Positions 61,013 through 64,000 of a stretch of 64,000 bases of DNA are shown piece by piece. The DNA is taken from the NCBI GenBank assembly GCA_965235115.1, contig OZ249439.1:11098001-11162000 (forward strand), in the 5' to 3' direction. The notes beneath the pieces were generated by a model, which saw nothing but the letters and a program-made list of their open reading frames with translations, did not search any database and was not told the origin of the DNA. How positions within the stretch are numbered: position 1 is the first letter of the stretch; each line of letters begins with the position of its first letter. The DNA is from Laetmonice hystrix. Taxonomy: Eukaryota. Both the position numbers and the translations under genes were made by a program.

Positions 61013-63675
61013 CTGAGAGAGAGACTAGCAGTCAGGCTATCACTGTCCGATACGTCTGTGGGTCTGAGAGTGAGACAAGCAGTCAGGCTATCACTGTCCG
61101 ACACGTCTGTGGGTCTGAGAGTGAGACTAGCAGTCAGGCTATCACTGTCCGATACGTCTGTGGGTCTGAGAGTGAGACTAGCAGTCAGGCTATCACTGTC
61201 CGATACGTCTGTGGGTCTGAGAGTGAGACTAGCAGTCAGGCTATCACTGTCCGATACGTCTGTGGGTCTGAGACAGAGACTAGCAGTCAGGCTATCACTG
61301 TCCGACACGTCTGTGGGTCTGAGACAGACACTAGCAGTCAGGCTATCACTGTCCGATACGTCTGTGGGTCTGAGACAGAGACTAGCAGTCAGGCTATCAC
61401 TGTCCGATACGTCTGTGGGTCTGAGACAGAGACTAGCAGTCAGGCTATCACTGTCCGACACGTCTGTGGGTCTGAGACAGAGACTAGCAGTCAGGCTATC
61501 ACTGTCCGATACGTCTGTGGGTCTGAGACAGAGACTAGCAGTCAGGCTATTACTGTCCGATACGTCTGTGGGTCTGAGAGAGAGACTAGCAGTCAGGCTA
61601 TCACTGTCCGATACGTCTGTGGGTCTGAGACAGAGACTAGCAGCCAGGCTATCACTGTCCGATACGTCTGTGGGTCTGAGACAGAGACTAGCAGTCAGGC
61701 TATCACTGTCCGATACGTCTGTGGGTCTGAGAGTGAGACTAGCAGTCAGGCTATCACTGTCCGATACGTCTGTGGGTCTGAGACAGAGACTAGCAGTCAG
61801 GCTATCACTGTCCGATACGTCTGTGGGTCTGAGACAGAGACTAGCAGTCAGGCTATCACTGTCCGACACGTCTGTGGGTCTGAGACAGAGACTAGCAGTC
61901 AGGCTATCACTGTCCGATACGTCTGTGGGTCTGAGAGAGAGACAAGCAGTCAGGCTATCACTGTCCGACACGTCTGTGGGTCTGAGACAGAGACTAGCAG
62001 TCAGGCTATCACTGTCCGACACGTCTGTGGGTCTGAGACAGAGACTAGCAGTCAGGATATCACTGTCCGATACGTCTGTGGGTCTGAGAGTGAGACTAGC
62101 AGTCAGGCTATCACTGTCCGATACGTCTGTGGGTCTGAGAGTGAGACTAGCAGTCAGGCTATCACTGTCCGATACGTCTGTGGGTCTGAGACAGAGACTA
62201 GCAGTCAGGCTATCACTGTCCGATACGTCTGTGGGTCTCAGAGAGTGAGACTAGCAGTCAGGCTATCACTGTCCGACACGTCTGTGGGTCTGAGAGTGAG
62301 ACTAGCAGTCAGGCTATCACTGTCCGATACGTCTGTGGGTCTGAGACAGAGACTAGCAGTCAGGCTATCACTGTCCGATACGTCTGTGGGTCTGAGAGAG
62401 AGACTAGCAGTCAGGCTATCACTGTCCGATACGTCTGTGGGTCTGACAGTGAGACTAGCAGTCAGGCTATCACTGTCCGATACGTCTGTGGGTCTGAGAG
62501 AGAGACAAGCAGTCAGGCTATTACTGTCCGATACGTCTGTGGGTCTGAGACAGAGACTAGCAGTCAGGCTATCACTGTCCGATACGTCTGTGGGTCTGAG
62601 ACAGAGACTAGCAGTCAGGCTATCACTGTCCGATACGTCTGTGGGTCTGAGAGTGAGACTAGCAGTCAGGCTATCACTGTCCGATACGTCTGTGGGTCTG
62701 AGACAGAGACTAGCAGTCAGGCTATCACTGTCCGATACGTCTGTGGGTCTGAGACAGAGACTAGCAGTCAGGCTATCACTGTCCGATACGTCTGTGGGTC
62801 TGAGAGTGAGACTAGCAGTCAGGCTATCACTGTCCGATACGTCTGTGGGTCTGAGACAGAGACTAGCAGTCAGGCTATCACTGTCCGATACGTCTGTGGG
62901 TCTCAGAGAGTGAGACTAGCAGTCAGGCTATCACTGTCCGACACGTCTGTGGGTCTGAGAGTGAGACTAGCAGTCAGGCTATCACTGTCCGATACGTCTG
63001 TGGGTCTGAGACAGAGACTAGCAGTCAGGCTATCACTGTCCGATACGTCTGTGGGTCTGAGAGTGAGACTAGCAGTCAGGCTATCACTGTCCGATACGTC
63101 TGTGGGTCTGAGAGAGAGACTAGCAGTCAGGCTATCACTGTCCGACACGTCTGTGGGTCTGAGAGTGAGACTAGCAGTCAGGCTATTACTGTCCGACACG
63201 TCTGTGGGTCTGAGACAGAGACTAGCAGTCAGGCTATCACTGTCCGATACGTCTGTGGGTCTGAGACAGAGACTAGCAGTCAGGCTATCACTGTCCGATA
63301 CGTCTGTGGGTCTGAGACAGAGACTAGCAGTCAGGCTATCACTGTCCGATACGTCTGTGGGTCTGAGAGTGAGACTAGCAGTCAGGCTATCACTGTCCGA
63401 TACGTCTGTGGGTCTGAGACAGAGACTAGCAGTCAGGCTATCACTGTCCGATACGTCTGTGGGTCTGAGACAGAGACTAGCAGTCAGGCTATCACTGTCC
63501 GATACGTCTGTGGGTCTGAGAGTGAGACTAGCAGTCAGGCTATCACTGTCCGACACGTCTGTGGGTCTGAGACAGAGACTAGCAGTCAGGCTATCACTGT
63601 CCGATACGTCTGTGGGTCTGAGAGAGATACTAGCAGTCAGGCTATCACTGTCCGATACGTCTGTGGGTCTGAGAC
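60985..63675. repeat. Minisatellite, 51 bp x ~52
   Basis: Unit GCTATCACTGTCCGATACGTCTGTGGGTCTGAGACAGAGACTAGCAGTCAG. Two units carry a +2 insertion (near 62238 and 62903) that shifts the ORFs. Confidence 0.97.
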
Positions 63676-63868
63676 TGGCAGCCCCCCCCCCTCCACCACC
63701 ACGTACGACCTGCCCTCCACCCTTTGTTATCCCAGCTCCAGGAGCCAGCCGACCTGCCCCCCACCATTTGTTATCCCAGCTCCAGCAGCGCCAGCCGCTC
63801 GCTGCCCGTTCACCGCCCCAGTTCTGATCGAGATCATCCAACCCAACCACCTGCCATGGAAGCGTTCA

Positions 63869-63968
63869 ACCAAGGAGAACACCTTCTCCAAGTCATGACT
63901 CAACCAAGGAGGACACCTTCTCCAAGTCATGACTCAACCAAGGAGGACACCTTCTCCAAGTCATGACT
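63869..63968. repeat. Tandem repeat, 34 bp x 3
   Basis: CAACCAAGGAG(A/G)ACACCTTCTCCAAGTCATGACT repeated. Confidence 0.9.
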
Positions 63969-64000
63969 CACTCACCTAATGATCACAATTCATGAAAACA

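Noticed and set aside
60940-62913. 657-aa plus-strand ORF (AITVRYVCGSETETSSQ repeats)
   Set aside because: Two plus frames are open simply because the unit has no stop, and the ORF changes register at a +2 unit without closing. There is no independent coding evidence.
23-63968. CRISPR arrays
   Set aside because: All arrays are head-to-tail units with no unique spacers, there are no cas genes, and the context is eukaryotic.

Overview
Eukaryotic (animal-like, probably invertebrate) genomic DNA with spliceosomal-type GT-AG signals, one 134-N assembly gap (17668-17801) and no prokaryotic features. It is dominated by more than 20 mutually unrelated, locus-specific minisatellite arrays (units about 20-135 bp; roughly 35-40% of the window by hand count), a near-identical 3 x 2193-bp tandem triplication (41428-48006), and three non-autonomous DNA-transposon (MITE-like) insertions. 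One is PIF/Harbinger-type with a TTA duplication, one Tc1/mariner-type with a TA duplication, and one a small foldback. Nearly all long ORFs in the track are translations of the tandem arrays. Short candidate exons with good splice signals occur on both strands, but I could not assemble or name a gene with confidence, so all exon calls are low-confidence. The most unusual pattern is that several arrays seem to be amplifications of splice junctions: about 52 tandem copies of a complete branch point/polypyrimidine/AG acceptor at 60985-63675, and similar acceptor arrays at 25539 and 49881. I found no tRNA, rRNA or CRISPR array.
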